IMG/VR virus record: IMGVR_UViG_3300030392_001553
Span: 1 to 57,975 of that record
Strand: one strand, 5' to 3'
DNA: 57,975 nt
Origin: a virus
Lineage: Duplodnaviria > Caudoviricetes
The position numbers and the translations under genes were made by a program. The notes beneath the pieces are model-generated. The model was not told where the DNA came from. It did not search any database and was given only the letters and a program-made list of their open reading frames with translations. Positions 38,375-46,374 of this stretch are shown here, in pieces (the stretch's first letter is position 1; each line of letters opens with the position of its first letter).

Positions 38375-39087
38375 AAAACCAAGTCATAAGTTTATACGAC
38401 TACACGGGCGAAGCTCTTCGCCCGTGGTCCGAGGCCGGATATGAATGTTACGCTTATGACATTCAGCACGAAGATGACACGGGCGGCTCGATTTACTATT
38501 TTCACGCCGATCTTCACGACCCGCAAACCCTCAAGGACATTTTTGCACGGCACAGTAACCGTGTTGCTTTTGTTTCGGCTTTTCCGCCGTGTACTGATTT
38601 GAGTGGGGCGGGGGCGGTCTGGTGGAAGAAAAAAGCCAAGGCCAACAAGGATTTTCAACTGGAGGCGACCGACCATGCCCTGGACTGTTCGATTATGGCG
38701 AGGGAATGGGACGCTCCTTTTTATGTGGAAAATCCGGTGGGGGCTTTAAGCCGTTTATGGCGCAAGCCCGACCATATTTTTAACCCTTGTGATTACGGCG
38801 GTTATTTACCCGAAGGGGATGTCCATCCACGGTATCCCGAAATCATTCCGCCAAGGGATGCGTATCGTAAAAAGACATGTCTATGGACGGGGTGCGGTTT
38901 CAAAATGCCTGTGCCCAAGCCTGTGGATTACGTCAACGTAACTTGTAATCGTAAAGACCCCAAGAAGGGGAGTAACTATTCGCCTATTCATAAAGGGACG
39001 GGCGGAAAATCCTTGAAAACAAAAAACATCCGCAGTGCAACGCCGAGAGGTTTTGCAAGGGCGGTTTATGAGGAGAATGCAAAATGA
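38371..39087 (+). CDS. Compact DNA cytosine-C5 methyltransferase-like protein
   Basis: VISLYD motif I-like, FPPCTDL catalytic PC, VENPV motif VI, RSATPRGFA. Confidence 0.75.
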   Translation: MKNQVISLYDYTGEALRPWSEAGYECYAYDIQHEDDTGGSIYYFHADLHDPQTLKDIFARHSNRVAFVSAFPPCTDLSGAGAVWWKKKAKANKDFQLEATDHALDCSIMAREWDAPFYVENPVGALSRLWRKPDHIFNPCDYGGYLPEGDVHPRYPEIIPPRDAYRKKTCLWTGCGFKMPVPKPVDYVNVTCNRKDPKKGSNYSPIHKGTGGKSLKTKNIRSATPRGFARAVYEENAK

Positions 39088-39902
39088 ATACTTCTTTAAA
39101 CGAAAGTGAACTGATCACTTCGGTCGATAAGCTTTCCCGTGATCTACGGGTAGCTTCCCGAACCTTGAGTGATGCTGAAGCGCGGTTTCTTGTGGACGCT
39201 TATTACCAGATGCAGGAAAACCGCATTCGCTCGAACAACCAAGTTCGTCAAATGGACCGGGAACCCCATGAAGTTTTGGGGTGGCTGGCGCAACAGTCTG
39301 CGTTGCTGGAGAAAAGCGTTCAAGCGGCCTTGGATATTTATTCGGATACGCACCCTATTGGTGAGCGCATCCGGAGTGTTGTCGGGGTTGGTCCTGTTAT
39401 TGCAGCGGGACTTCTCGCGCACATCGATATCAACATGTGTTCGACAGCGGGGGCCATATGGCGTTATGCGGGACTTGACCCGACCTTGGAGTGGAAAAAG
39501 GGCCAGAAGCGTCCCTTTAATGCTTCCCTCAAAACGCTCTGCTGGAAGCTGGGGGAATCGTTTGTCAAGTTCCAGAACCACAAAAACGATGTTTACGGCA
39601 AGATGTATCTTGAGCGCAAGAACGAGGAAATTCTGCGTAACGAAGCGGGAGACCTTGCCGACCAGGCCAAGGCCAAGCTGGAAAGATTTAATATCGGCAA
39701 AACCACCGATGCCTACAAGGCTTATTCGCAGGGCAAATTACCCCCCGCCCATATTCATGCACGGGCAAAGCGTTATGCTGTTAAGATGTTTCTCAGCCAT
39801 TTGCATGAAGTGTGGTATGAGCATGAGTTTGGTTCGCCGCCTCCTGCACCTTATGCCATGGCTCATGCGGGTCACGCTCATAAAATCGAACCGTCGTTTT
39901 AG
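39084..39902 (+). CDS. TasA-like Nop-domain RNA-binding protein (IS110/Nop family, no nuclease domain)
   Basis: Coiled coil then GVGPVIAAGLL...IWRYAGLDP (Transposase_20/Nop-like); no N-terminal RuvC DEDD domain, no HNH, no IS110 SG catalytic loop; abuts dual-repeat array. Confidence 0.8.
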   Translation: MNTSLNESELITSVDKLSRDLRVASRTLSDAEARFLVDAYYQMQENRIRSNNQVRQMDREPHEVLGWLAQQSALLEKSVQAALDIYSDTHPIGERIRSVVGVGPVIAAGLLAHIDINMCSTAGAIWRYAGLDPTLEWKKGQKRPFNASLKTLCWKLGESFVKFQNHKNDVYGKMYLERKNEEILRNEAGDLADQAKAKLERFNIGKTTDAYKAYSQGKLPPAHIHARAKRYAVKMFLSHLHEVWYEHEFGSPPPAPYAMAHAGHAHKIEPSF

Positions 39903-40386
39903 CCACACGACCAGAGGGAACCACAGCTAATGAGCGAGCCAAGAGTCAAGAGAGAACCAAATCACATGAGCGAGCCATCGAAGGGAAGAGAACCACTTCC
40001 ACGGAGCGAGCCACTCGGGTTGAGGGAACCACAGCCGTGGAGCGAGCCAAACGACAAGAGAGAACCACACGCTGGGAGCGAGCCACGTCCCGAGAGAGAA
40101 CCACGTCCACCGAGCGAGCCACATCTAGGGAGCGAGCCACAAATCGAGAGAGAACCACAAGCTATGAACGAGCCATTGGTGTCGAGAGAACCAATTTACA
40201 TGAGCGAGCCAAACCTTTTGAGAGAACCAAAAACGCGGAGCGAGTCAAAGAGTCTGAAAGAACCACATCGAGAGAGCGAGTCAGAAGCCCTGAGAGAACC
40301 ATATCATAAGAGCGAGCCACAACTGGTGAGAGAACCACATGGAAGGAGCGAGTCAAGTAGCCAGAGAGAACCAAAACGTATGAGCG
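39901..40386 (+). ncRNA. TIGR-like tandem interspaced guide RNA array: 13 full 36-nt units plus one 18-nt half unit
   Basis: Unit = AGCCA-N9-AGAGAACCA-N9-AGCG; 27 distinct 9-nt spacers at strict 18-nt period. Confidence 0.88.
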
Positions 40387-40534
40387 AATTCAAATAACAG
40401 GGAAGACATAGATAGCCCTGTGCGTTATAAACGAACTTGGGTAAAGGAGGCCCGGAAAAAATGGGGTTAGATTGGTACATACTGATTTTAGTGGGATCGA
40501 TAGTTGCGGGAGCCTTGATAAGGTATCCATGGCC

Positions 40535-40729
40535 ATGAGCAAATACAGACATCCCATTCTGAGGGCTGGCGGCGTCCCGGTGATCGTCGTCATTCCCTTG
40601 GGGGAACGTGGTGAAGTGACCCATGACACGGAACCGCAAACCCTTGAGGAGCAAATATGGCTCAAGGACCATAAGCAACTCCAAGAGGCTTATGAAATTT
40701 CTTTAGAGGAGACAGAGCATGAGGGTTGA
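40535..40729 (+). CDS. Hypothetical protein
   Basis: MSKYRHPILRAGG...; start uncertain. Confidence 0.45.
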   Translation: MSKYRHPILRAGGVPVIVVIPLGERGEVTHDTEPQTLEEQIWLKDHKQLQEAYEISLEETEHEG

Positions 40730-40886
40730 ATGTCCGGTTTGCAGGGGCAAAGGAGATCTGGTCGTGGCCGACCCCGATATTGAGAGTAAGTATTTACAGG
40801 TGTCCCTGGATACTTGTCATCATTGCGGCGGCGACGGAAAGGTTCCCCCCGAAATGGCAACCTATGAAGCTGTACGGATGAAGTGA
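40719..40886 (+). CDS. DnaJ-type zinc-finger mini-protein (55 aa)
   Basis: Hand-translated CPVCRGKG...CHHCGGDG; GAGGAG RBS. Confidence 0.7.
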   Translation: MRVECPVCRGKGDLVVADPDIESKYLQVSLDTCHHCGGDGKVPPEMATYEAVRMK

Positions 40887-41935
40887 TAAAAACCCTGGAT
40901 TTATTTTCGGGCATTGGCGGTTTTTCCTTGGGGCTGGAAGCGACCGGGTTTTTTGAAACGACATGTTTCGTGGAGAATGACCCGTACTGCCAGGCTGTAT
41001 TGCGCCACCATTGGCCCGAAGTCCCGATACTAGGAGATATAAAAGATGTCAAAGGATCCGATCTCCCCACCCGACCCGACCTTGTCTGTGGAGGTTTCCC
41101 TTGCCAACCGTTCTCACATGCGGGAAAGCAGCAAGCCCAAGACGACCCCCGACATCTCTGGCCGGAAATGTTTAGAATTATCAGGGAACTCAGGCCCACT
41201 TGGGTATGTGGAGAAAATGTTACTGGACTCGTGCGATTGGGCCTGGACGAAGTACTCACTGACCTGGAAGGCGAAGGCTACGCCACAAGGACGTTTAATA
41301 TTCCAGCTTGCGCGGTCGGCGCCCCGCACCTCAGACAGAGATTGTGGATTGTTGCACACTCCGACAGCGAAAGCGAACCAGATGGCGCCTTCGATGGCAA
41401 CGCGAGACAGCGGCAGTTGGGGTTTGAGTTTGGGGGGAGCGAAGCCACATCATATGATTCCGACCCCGACGACCATGGATCACATCGAGCGAAAAAACAC
41501 AAACAAAACACCAAGCACAGGCAAACTGAATTACGAGACAAACAAGTCTGTGAGTTTGGACAGGTGGGTGAAGATGTGGCCGACACCAACAGCAATGACG
41601 GGGGGAGAGAGTGTGGCTCCAAGCCACCTAACGGGGAAACACGGCTGGAACACAGCGGCAGCGGTGAACGCAGCAGACCCGAAGACCACTGGTCATTTGA
41701 GCCCGAAGTGGGTCGCCTGGTTAATGGGCTACCCAACCGAGTACCTCAGTTGCGTGCCTTGGGAAACTCGATCATCCCGCAAATCGCAAAAGAAATAGGC
41801 TATGCTATAGGAAAGGCACATTATGACAGAAAATCCCGACCCGACCACCCAATGGAAAAACCGCCGTCGAATGGCATGGGTTGCTCTCCTGGCGATAGTA
41901 GCTGCGGGTTTATATATCGTGACAATGGTTCCTGA
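40883..41935 (+). CDS. dcm: DNA cytosine-C5 methyltransferase, large (alpha) polypeptide
   Basis: LDLFSGIGG, GGFPCQPFS, ENV, RQRLWIV, LRALGNSI. Confidence 0.92.
   Translation: MIKTLDLFSGIGGFSLGLEATGFFETTCFVENDPYCQAVLRHHWPEVPILGDIKDVKGSDLPTRPDLVCGGFPCQPFSHAGKQQAQDDPRHLWPEMFRIIRELRPTWVCGENVTGLVRLGLDEVLTDLEGEGYATRTFNIPACAVGAPHLRQRLWIVAHSDSESEPDGAFDGNARQRQLGFEFGGSEATSYDSDPDDHGSHRAKKHKQNTKHRQTELRDKQVCEFGQVGEDVADTNSNDGGRECGSKPPNGETRLEHSGSGERSRPEDHWSFEPEVGRLVNGLPNRVPQLRALGNSIIPQIAKEIGYAIGKAHYDRKSRPDHPMEKPPSNGMGCSPGDSSCGFIYRDNGS
41046..41798 (+). CDS. Alternative-frame methyltransferase beta polypeptide (motif IX plus TPT repeats); start uncertain
   Basis: LHTPTA, IPTPTT, WPTPTA, LSPKWVAWLMGYP. Confidence 0.7.
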   Translation: MSKDPISPPDPTLSVEVSLANRSHMRESSKPKTTPDISGRKCLELSGNSGPLGYVEKMLLDSCDWAWTKYSLTWKAKATPQGRLIFQLARSAPRTSDRDCGLLHTPTAKANQMAPSMATRDSGSWGLSLGGAKPHHMIPTPTTMDHIERKNTNKTPSTGKLNYETNKSVSLDRWVKMWPTPTAMTGGESVAPSHLTGKHGWNTAAAVNAADPKTTGHLSPKWVAWLMGYPTEYLSCVPWETRSSRKSQKK

Positions 41936-42041
41936 AAACAGGTTAACGAAATTATCGTCGTTGCTGGATCTCTGGTTTATTTCGTTGGGCGGCATCGTTG
42001 GCGCCTACATGGGCTTTGCAACGTGGGCTTCTAAGAGATGA
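41823..42041 (+). CDS. Small two-TM membrane protein
   Basis: RRRMAW...IVGAYMGFATW. Confidence 0.7.
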   Translation: MTENPDPTTQWKNRRRMAWVALLAIVAAGLYIVTMVPENRLTKLSSLLDLWFISLGGIVGAYMGFATWASKR

Positions 42042-42892
42042 AACAGTGGTTCAAGCCCGTTGAAAAGGCGTCTTTTCGCGTTATAAGTTTGGGGGCTGGG
42101 GTGCAATCAAGCGTTATGTCCTTGAAAGCCGCCAAAGGTGAATTGAAACCGTCTGTGGATTGCGCGGTATTTGCAGATACGGGATGGGAACCAAAAGCCG
42201 TGTACGATCATTTGAACTGGCTTGAGAAGCAACTTCCTTTTCCCGTTTACCGAGTTAATTCTGGAAACTTAAAAAAAGACCTTGAGACAAACCTCAATAC
42301 CACAGGCCATAGTTTTGCCTCGATACCGTTCTTTTTAGTTAACAAGGACGGTAGTAAAGGTATGGCCCGTAGGCAGTGTACAAGTGAGTATAAACTTAAA
42401 CCCATAAGGAAAAAGATCCGTGAACTGGTGGGCTTGCGTCCACGCCAGAGAACGCCGAAAGATTTGATGGTGGAGATGTGGATTGGCATCTCTAAAGATG
42501 AAATCATGCGAGTAAAGGAGAACACGGATTCATGGGTTACCAACCGCTGGCCTCTCATTGAGGAAAATATGACAAGACAAGATTGTTTAAACTGGTTTAA
42601 TGAAAACTACCCTGATAAAAACTTGGTTAAATCGGCTTGTGTGGGATGCCCTTTTCATAACGACGATGAATGGAGACATTTAAAATATAATTCTCCCGAA
42701 GAATTTGCTGAAGCGTGCCATATAGATGAAATCTTGCGGGACGGCGAAGGCCGTTTTAAAGGTAAAAGATTTTTGCACTCTCAACGCATACCCTTAAAAG
42801 AAGTTGATTTGAGTACGGCGGAAGAGCTAGGGCAACAGGACTTGTTTAAAGATTTAATGCAAAATGAGTGCGAAGGAATGTGTGGCGTTTGA
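42038..42892 (+). CDS. PAPS-reductase-like (adenine nucleotide alpha hydrolase) protein
   Basis: SLGAGVQS, FADTGWE, RQCT, SACVGCPFH, ECEGMC. Confidence 0.8.
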   Translation: MKQWFKPVEKASFRVISLGAGVQSSVMSLKAAKGELKPSVDCAVFADTGWEPKAVYDHLNWLEKQLPFPVYRVNSGNLKKDLETNLNTTGHSFASIPFFLVNKDGSKGMARRQCTSEYKLKPIRKKIRELVGLRPRQRTPKDLMVEMWIGISKDEIMRVKENTDSWVTNRWPLIEENMTRQDCLNWFNENYPDKNLVKSACVGCPFHNDDEWRHLKYNSPEEFAEACHIDEILRDGEGRFKGKRFLHSQRIPLKEVDLSTAEELGQQDLFKDLMQNECEGMCGV

Positions 42893-43044
42893 TGGAAAAT
42901 AAATCCAAGAGACCGGAACCGGAAAGAGTTTACGAGGTCAAGGATCGAAAGTGCCTGAAATGCCAGCAGGTTTTCAAGAGCAGCTGGCCCGGAGAACGGG
43001 TTTGTAAGAAATGTAAATTAAGAATGAGGTGGCGTGGTGGTTAA
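42892..43044 (+). CDS. Small zinc-finger protein (50 aa)
   Basis: Hand-translated RKCLKCQQVFKS..GERVCKKC. Confidence 0.65.
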   Translation: MENKSKRPEPERVYEVKDRKCLKCQQVFKSSWPGERVCKKCKLRMRWRGG

Positions 43045-43130
43045 GAAAGTAATGCAGGGGTATGAACCCCCCGACAAGAAACGGCGCCGTAATCGATTAA
43101 GGCCGCTTAATGGCTGTAAGAAACTTGGTC

Positions 43131-43382
43131 CTAGATCTTGTTTCCGCGGTATGAAAAAGAAGAAACGGGGTCAGTGATCCGTATGGCATCAAGGTCGTAC
43201 CCCATAGACTGAAGCATTTTTTCCACTTTATAGATCGAGGGTTCGGAAATCTTTCTCCGCTCGTAATTTTCTATTGTGCTTGCCCCGATACCCGACCTCA
43301 ACGAAAGTTCTGTTCTTGTAAGGCCCGTCTCCTTCCGTATGGATAAAAGTATCGTTGACCAGTGATCTGGTAACTTGTCCAT
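43131..43382 (-). CDS. XRE-family HTH regulator
   Basis: LTRTELSLRSGIGASTIENYER..EP. Confidence 0.85.
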   Translation of the reverse strand: MDKLPDHWSTILLSIRKETGLTRTELSLRSGIGASTIENYERRKISEPSIYKVEKMLQSMGYDLDAIRITDPVSSFSYRGNKI

Positions 43383-43386
43383 GTAT

Positions 43387-43587
43387 TTACAACGATTTTT
43401 TAATCTCCTCTATCCTCTGGTTTAGAACATTTATCGTTGTATGTAAATGACCTGTACCACCGGGTTGAAGTCGTCTCTCAAGTTCTTCGACTTCAGCGAT
43501 CAAGACATTCAGATAGATTTCCCTAGTGTTTGGTTTTTTCATCTGTACCGAAATCTTCAAGGATTTCTTCAAAGCTGGATTCTTCAT
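43387..43587 (-). CDS. Hypothetical protein (start probably internal MKKP)
   Basis: TGHLHTTINVL..RI motif. Confidence 0.6.
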   Translation of the reverse strand: MKNPALKKSLKISVQMKKPNTREIYLNVLIAEVEELERRLQPGGTGHLHTTINVLNQRIEEIKKSL

Positions 43588-43789
43588 CCCCAGCGGTAAT
43601 CCCCAAGGTGACGGTCAAGAGACGTGACATCAAATAGGTCAGTCTGGAAAAGCCCATATGCGCCCCCCCGAATTCCACAGCCACTCTAAAAAGAGCTATC
43701 GTTTTAGCACTCGGGGAAAGGGATTTTTCCTTTGAAGTTACCTCTTTAAGGGTTGCATAAAAGTCATCCAGTTCTGTCATCGTAGTCAT
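43523..43789 (-). CDS. Hypothetical protein
   Basis: Coupled ORF. Confidence 0.55.
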   Translation of the reverse strand: MTTMTELDDFYATLKEVTSKEKSLSPSAKTIALFRVAVEFGGAHMGFSRLTYLMSRLLTVTLGITAGDEESSFEEILEDFGTDEKTKH

Positions 43790-43967
43790 CCTTGAGGGTG
43801 TTATACATTCTCAAAACATGTTCATCACTTGGGGAGTTATTAGCCACATCCACCAGGAAAGCAATTTGCTGGGCGGGTGACCTGTGGTTTTTCTCAGCCA
43901 TTTCTCCTAGAATTTTCCATGTCGGGATTGGCACGGCTACGCTTTTGTATTTTTTAATATCAGGCAT
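43764..43967 (-). CDS. Ribbon-helix-helix-like small DNA-binding protein
   Basis: YKSVAV...RSPAQQIAFLV. Confidence 0.65.
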   Translation of the reverse strand: MPDIKKYKSVAVPIPTWKILGEMAEKNHRSPAQQIAFLVDVANNSPSDEHVLRMYNTLKDDYDDRTG

Positions 43968-43970
43968 TTT

Positions 43971-44315
43971 TCAGTCACTCCTTTTATTATCATTAAGGTG
44001 GTTTAGTTGACGTTTAGTTTCTTCGTAAGCTTCCAAGGAATCTATATCGCATCTTTCGATAACGGCCTCGATTATCTGTTCGTGGTTGAATCCCAAGGAC
44101 ATCATTTCTCCAATAAAGATATTGAGAACATATTCAGATCCTTTTAGAAATGTCTTATCAGCCTTTAGGTTCATCTCAACCACTCCCCTTGGTTTCGGTA
44201 AGAGTATATTTGTAAGCCTCGCGTCCACTTCGATTGCGGTGTTTCTCGTCAGTACGACGAACAGATCCGTTACGTCGGAGTTCGCACATTCGTTTGCCAA
44301 CGGCAACGTAATCAA
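43971..44315 (-). CDS. Hypothetical protein (true start probably internal, near MNLKAD)
   Basis: 5' part overlaps upstream gene. Confidence 0.45.
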   Translation of the reverse strand: MITLPLANECANSDVTDLFVVLTRNTAIEVDARLTNILLPKPRGVVEMNLKADKTFLKGSEYVLNIFIGEMMSLGFNHEQIIEAVIERCDIDSLEAYEETKRQLNHLNDNKRSD

Positions 44316-44511
44316 TCGAGGTGGCGTCAGCTATCTCCTGCGCTGACCACAAGCCACCAATACGCATCACGTTCAGGATCAGTCGATGATGCCGTTGCGC
44401 GGCACCAATCATTGACTCAGCCGCCGCGTGACTTGTGTTAACATCGTCTCGACGGGCGGCTAACCGCGGATCGAACAAGTCGTCTGGTATTTTGTCCTTC
44501 ATCTCAACCAC
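44176..44511 (-). CDS. Winged-helix DNA-binding protein
   Basis: AR..D..TSHAAA, SAQEIA, KRMCEL. Confidence 0.7.
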   Translation of the reverse strand: MVEMKDKIPDDLFDPRLAARRDDVNTSHAAAESMIGAAQRHHRLILNVMRIGGLWSAQEIADATSIDYVAVGKRMCELRRNGSVRRTDEKHRNRSGREAYKYTLTETKGSG

Positions 44512-45959
44512 TCCTTGAGTTCCTCTCCCATTACCACACTGGCAATGTCCATTTTGTTTCGTAAAGCTTTGACAATACGGTCGTCAATTGTTCCCGTGGC
44601 TATCAGATCAATATAGGTTACATGATTAGTTTGCCCGATCCGGTGTGCCCGGTCCTCTGACTGCATTCGGACAGCCAAGTCAAAACTGTTAGCAAAATAA
44701 ACCACTGTCTGGGCTGCTGTTAAGGTGATCCCGTAACCGCCCGTCTGTGGATTCCCAATAAAGAACCGGGCATTGCCGTTTTGAAAATGTTCAATGGCCG
44801 CGGTTCGTTCCTCATCGGTAGTGTCTCCGAAATAAGAGACAGCGGAGGAAGGTCCGTATTTTTGAAGTAAAGCAGCCGTGATCCGTTTAACATCATAACG
44901 GAACCGTGACCAGATAATAACCTTGCCTTCGACTTCTTCCAGACAGGTCATCAGTTCATCGAGACGATTATCTTTTATCTCTATGATTTTATCCGAGCCA
45001 TCGGGCCGCGTATGGCCTGACAGAACCTGTTGCATCCGCAAAAGCTGTGTCATCACATTGGGCGTCGTCATAAAGTTTTCGTCTTCAATGTGGGCCAGTG
45101 CGTATGTCTTTAAATCGGAATAAATCCTCGCTTGGTCTTCGGATAAAAGGACTTCCCGCTGCGTATAAATCTTTGAAGGCAGATCCAAGCAATCTTCTTT
45201 CATTACCCGGCTTGAGAAATTTTTAAGTTGTTGTGAGAGTGTGTCCAAGTTTCTGTACCCCACAACCATGTTAAAAGAATGTGTACCGACAGAGCGTTTT
45301 TTCATTACCGCGTATCGATACTGGAATTGAAAAAAATTATCGCCGCAATCGCCCAGTAAGTGTTTGTCCAAAAAGCGGCATTGTGCCCATAGATCCATGG
45401 GCGACTGCGTTACAGGAAATCCTGTTAGAATTCGACGATACTTTGCTAAAGACGCTATTTTAATAACGGCCTTGGTCCGACGTGCCTTGGGGGATTTGAT
45501 GGAAGTGGATTCATCAACAGCTAACAACGTATTGGATCCTTTTAAAACAGCTTCCAGGTAGCGTTGTCCTTTGGCCGTGGACAGGGCCTCGACATTCATC
45601 ACCAGGATTTTAAGAACTTCTGAAGGATTGTTAAAAGAGGTAAGAGCCGCTTTTTCATTCTTGGTCGGGTTTGGACGCCAGATGGCCATCTGGTATCCAA
45701 CGCGATCTGGCATGTGCGCGGGAATCTCGAGGTAGGCCCAGTTCCGATAAACCCCTTTCGGGGCTACTATTATAAAGGTGTCGATTTCTCCATGCTCAAA
45801 AAGAAGAGCGGCGTTATCGATGCAGACTTTGGACTTGCCTGTTCCCATTTCCATGAAGTAAGCCCAATTAATTTTGTCCCATGAAATTTCTAAAGCATCC
45901 GCTTGATGCTGGTAAGGAACGGTCTTATAGTGGTAATTTAACATTAAATCATTATACAC
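44499..45959 (-). CDS. SNF2-family helicase
   Basis: MEMGTGKS, VDEST, LTGFP, GYGITL, QSEDRAHRIGQ. Confidence 0.92.
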   Translation of the reverse strand: MYNDLMLNYHYKTVPYQHQADALEISWDKINWAYFMEMGTGKSKVCIDNAALLFEHGEIDTFIIVAPKGVYRNWAYLEIPAHMPDRVGYQMAIWRPNPTKNEKAALTSFNNPSEVLKILVMNVEALSTAKGQRYLEAVLKGSNTLLAVDESTSIKSPKARRTKAVIKIASLAKYRRILTGFPVTQSPMDLWAQCRFLDKHLLGDCGDNFFQFQYRYAVMKKRSVGTHSFNMVVGYRNLDTLSQQLKNFSSRVMKEDCLDLPSKIYTQREVLLSEDQARIYSDLKTYALAHIEDENFMTTPNVMTQLLRMQQVLSGHTRPDGSDKIIEIKDNRLDELMTCLEEVEGKVIIWSRFRYDVKRITAALLQKYGPSSAVSYFGDTTDEERTAAIEHFQNGNARFFIGNPQTGGYGITLTAAQTVVYFANSFDLAVRMQSEDRAHRIGQTNHVTYIDLIATGTIDDRIVKALRNKMDIASVVMGEELKEWLR

Positions 45960-45972
45960 GTCGCTTTTTGTA

Positions 45973-46001
45973 TTGCAATACCCAAAAAGTTGGAATAAAC
46001 T
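45973..46001 (+). promoter_or_regulatory. sigma70-like promoter of replication operon
   Basis: TTGCAA-N17-TAAACT. Confidence 0.6.
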
Positions 46002-46024
46002 CGCTTAATTAGAAAGGAGAAAGT

Positions 46025-46360
46025 ATGTCTGGAACAGTGTTTGTCACTCAAGAAAATCCCAAGGTCGATACTGTATCGGCTCGAAGTTGGGGTACTCTTG
46101 ATCCCCTAACATCTCCATTCGATCAAATTCATTTGAACCCCGGACGTTTGGTTTCTCAAATCAAACGTAAGCTTCGGGGTTATTCGGATGACGATTGGTT
46201 GTTGTGTATGGGGGATCCAGCCATTATCGGCGTTGCTTTTGCTGTCGCCGCAGATGCCAACCGTGGACGTGTCAACTTATTGAAATGGGATAAAATGGAG
46301 AAAATATATTATCCGGTTAAGATAAGGGTTCGCGGTGGTATTGAAGAACTCAATCCCTGA
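46025..46360 (+). CDS. Conserved hypothetical protein
   Basis: VFVTQE, LCMGDPA, LLKWD. Confidence 0.75.
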   Translation: MSGTVFVTQENPKVDTVSARSWGTLDPLTSPFDQIHLNPGRLVSQIKRKLRGYSDDDWLLCMGDPAIIGVAFAVAADANRGRVNLLKWDKMEKIYYPVKIRVRGGIEELNP

Positions 46361-46374
46361 AGAGGAGATACTTT

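Noticed and set aside
39084-39902. Active IS110 transposase
   Set aside because: Lacks the N-terminal DEDD RuvC domain and the SG catalytic loop; context is an operon with an array
39169-39930. 253-aa alternative-frame ORF over tas
   Set aside because: No recognisable motifs or RBS; likely a shadow ORF
39901-40386. CRISPR array
   Set aside because: Repeats and spacers are only 9 nt, two repeats alternate, and there are no cas genes
39927-40397. Several repeat-protein ORFs on both strands over the array
   Set aside because: Explained by the 18-nt (multiple of 3) periodicity; no RBS; only the frame continuous with tas is noted as a weak finding
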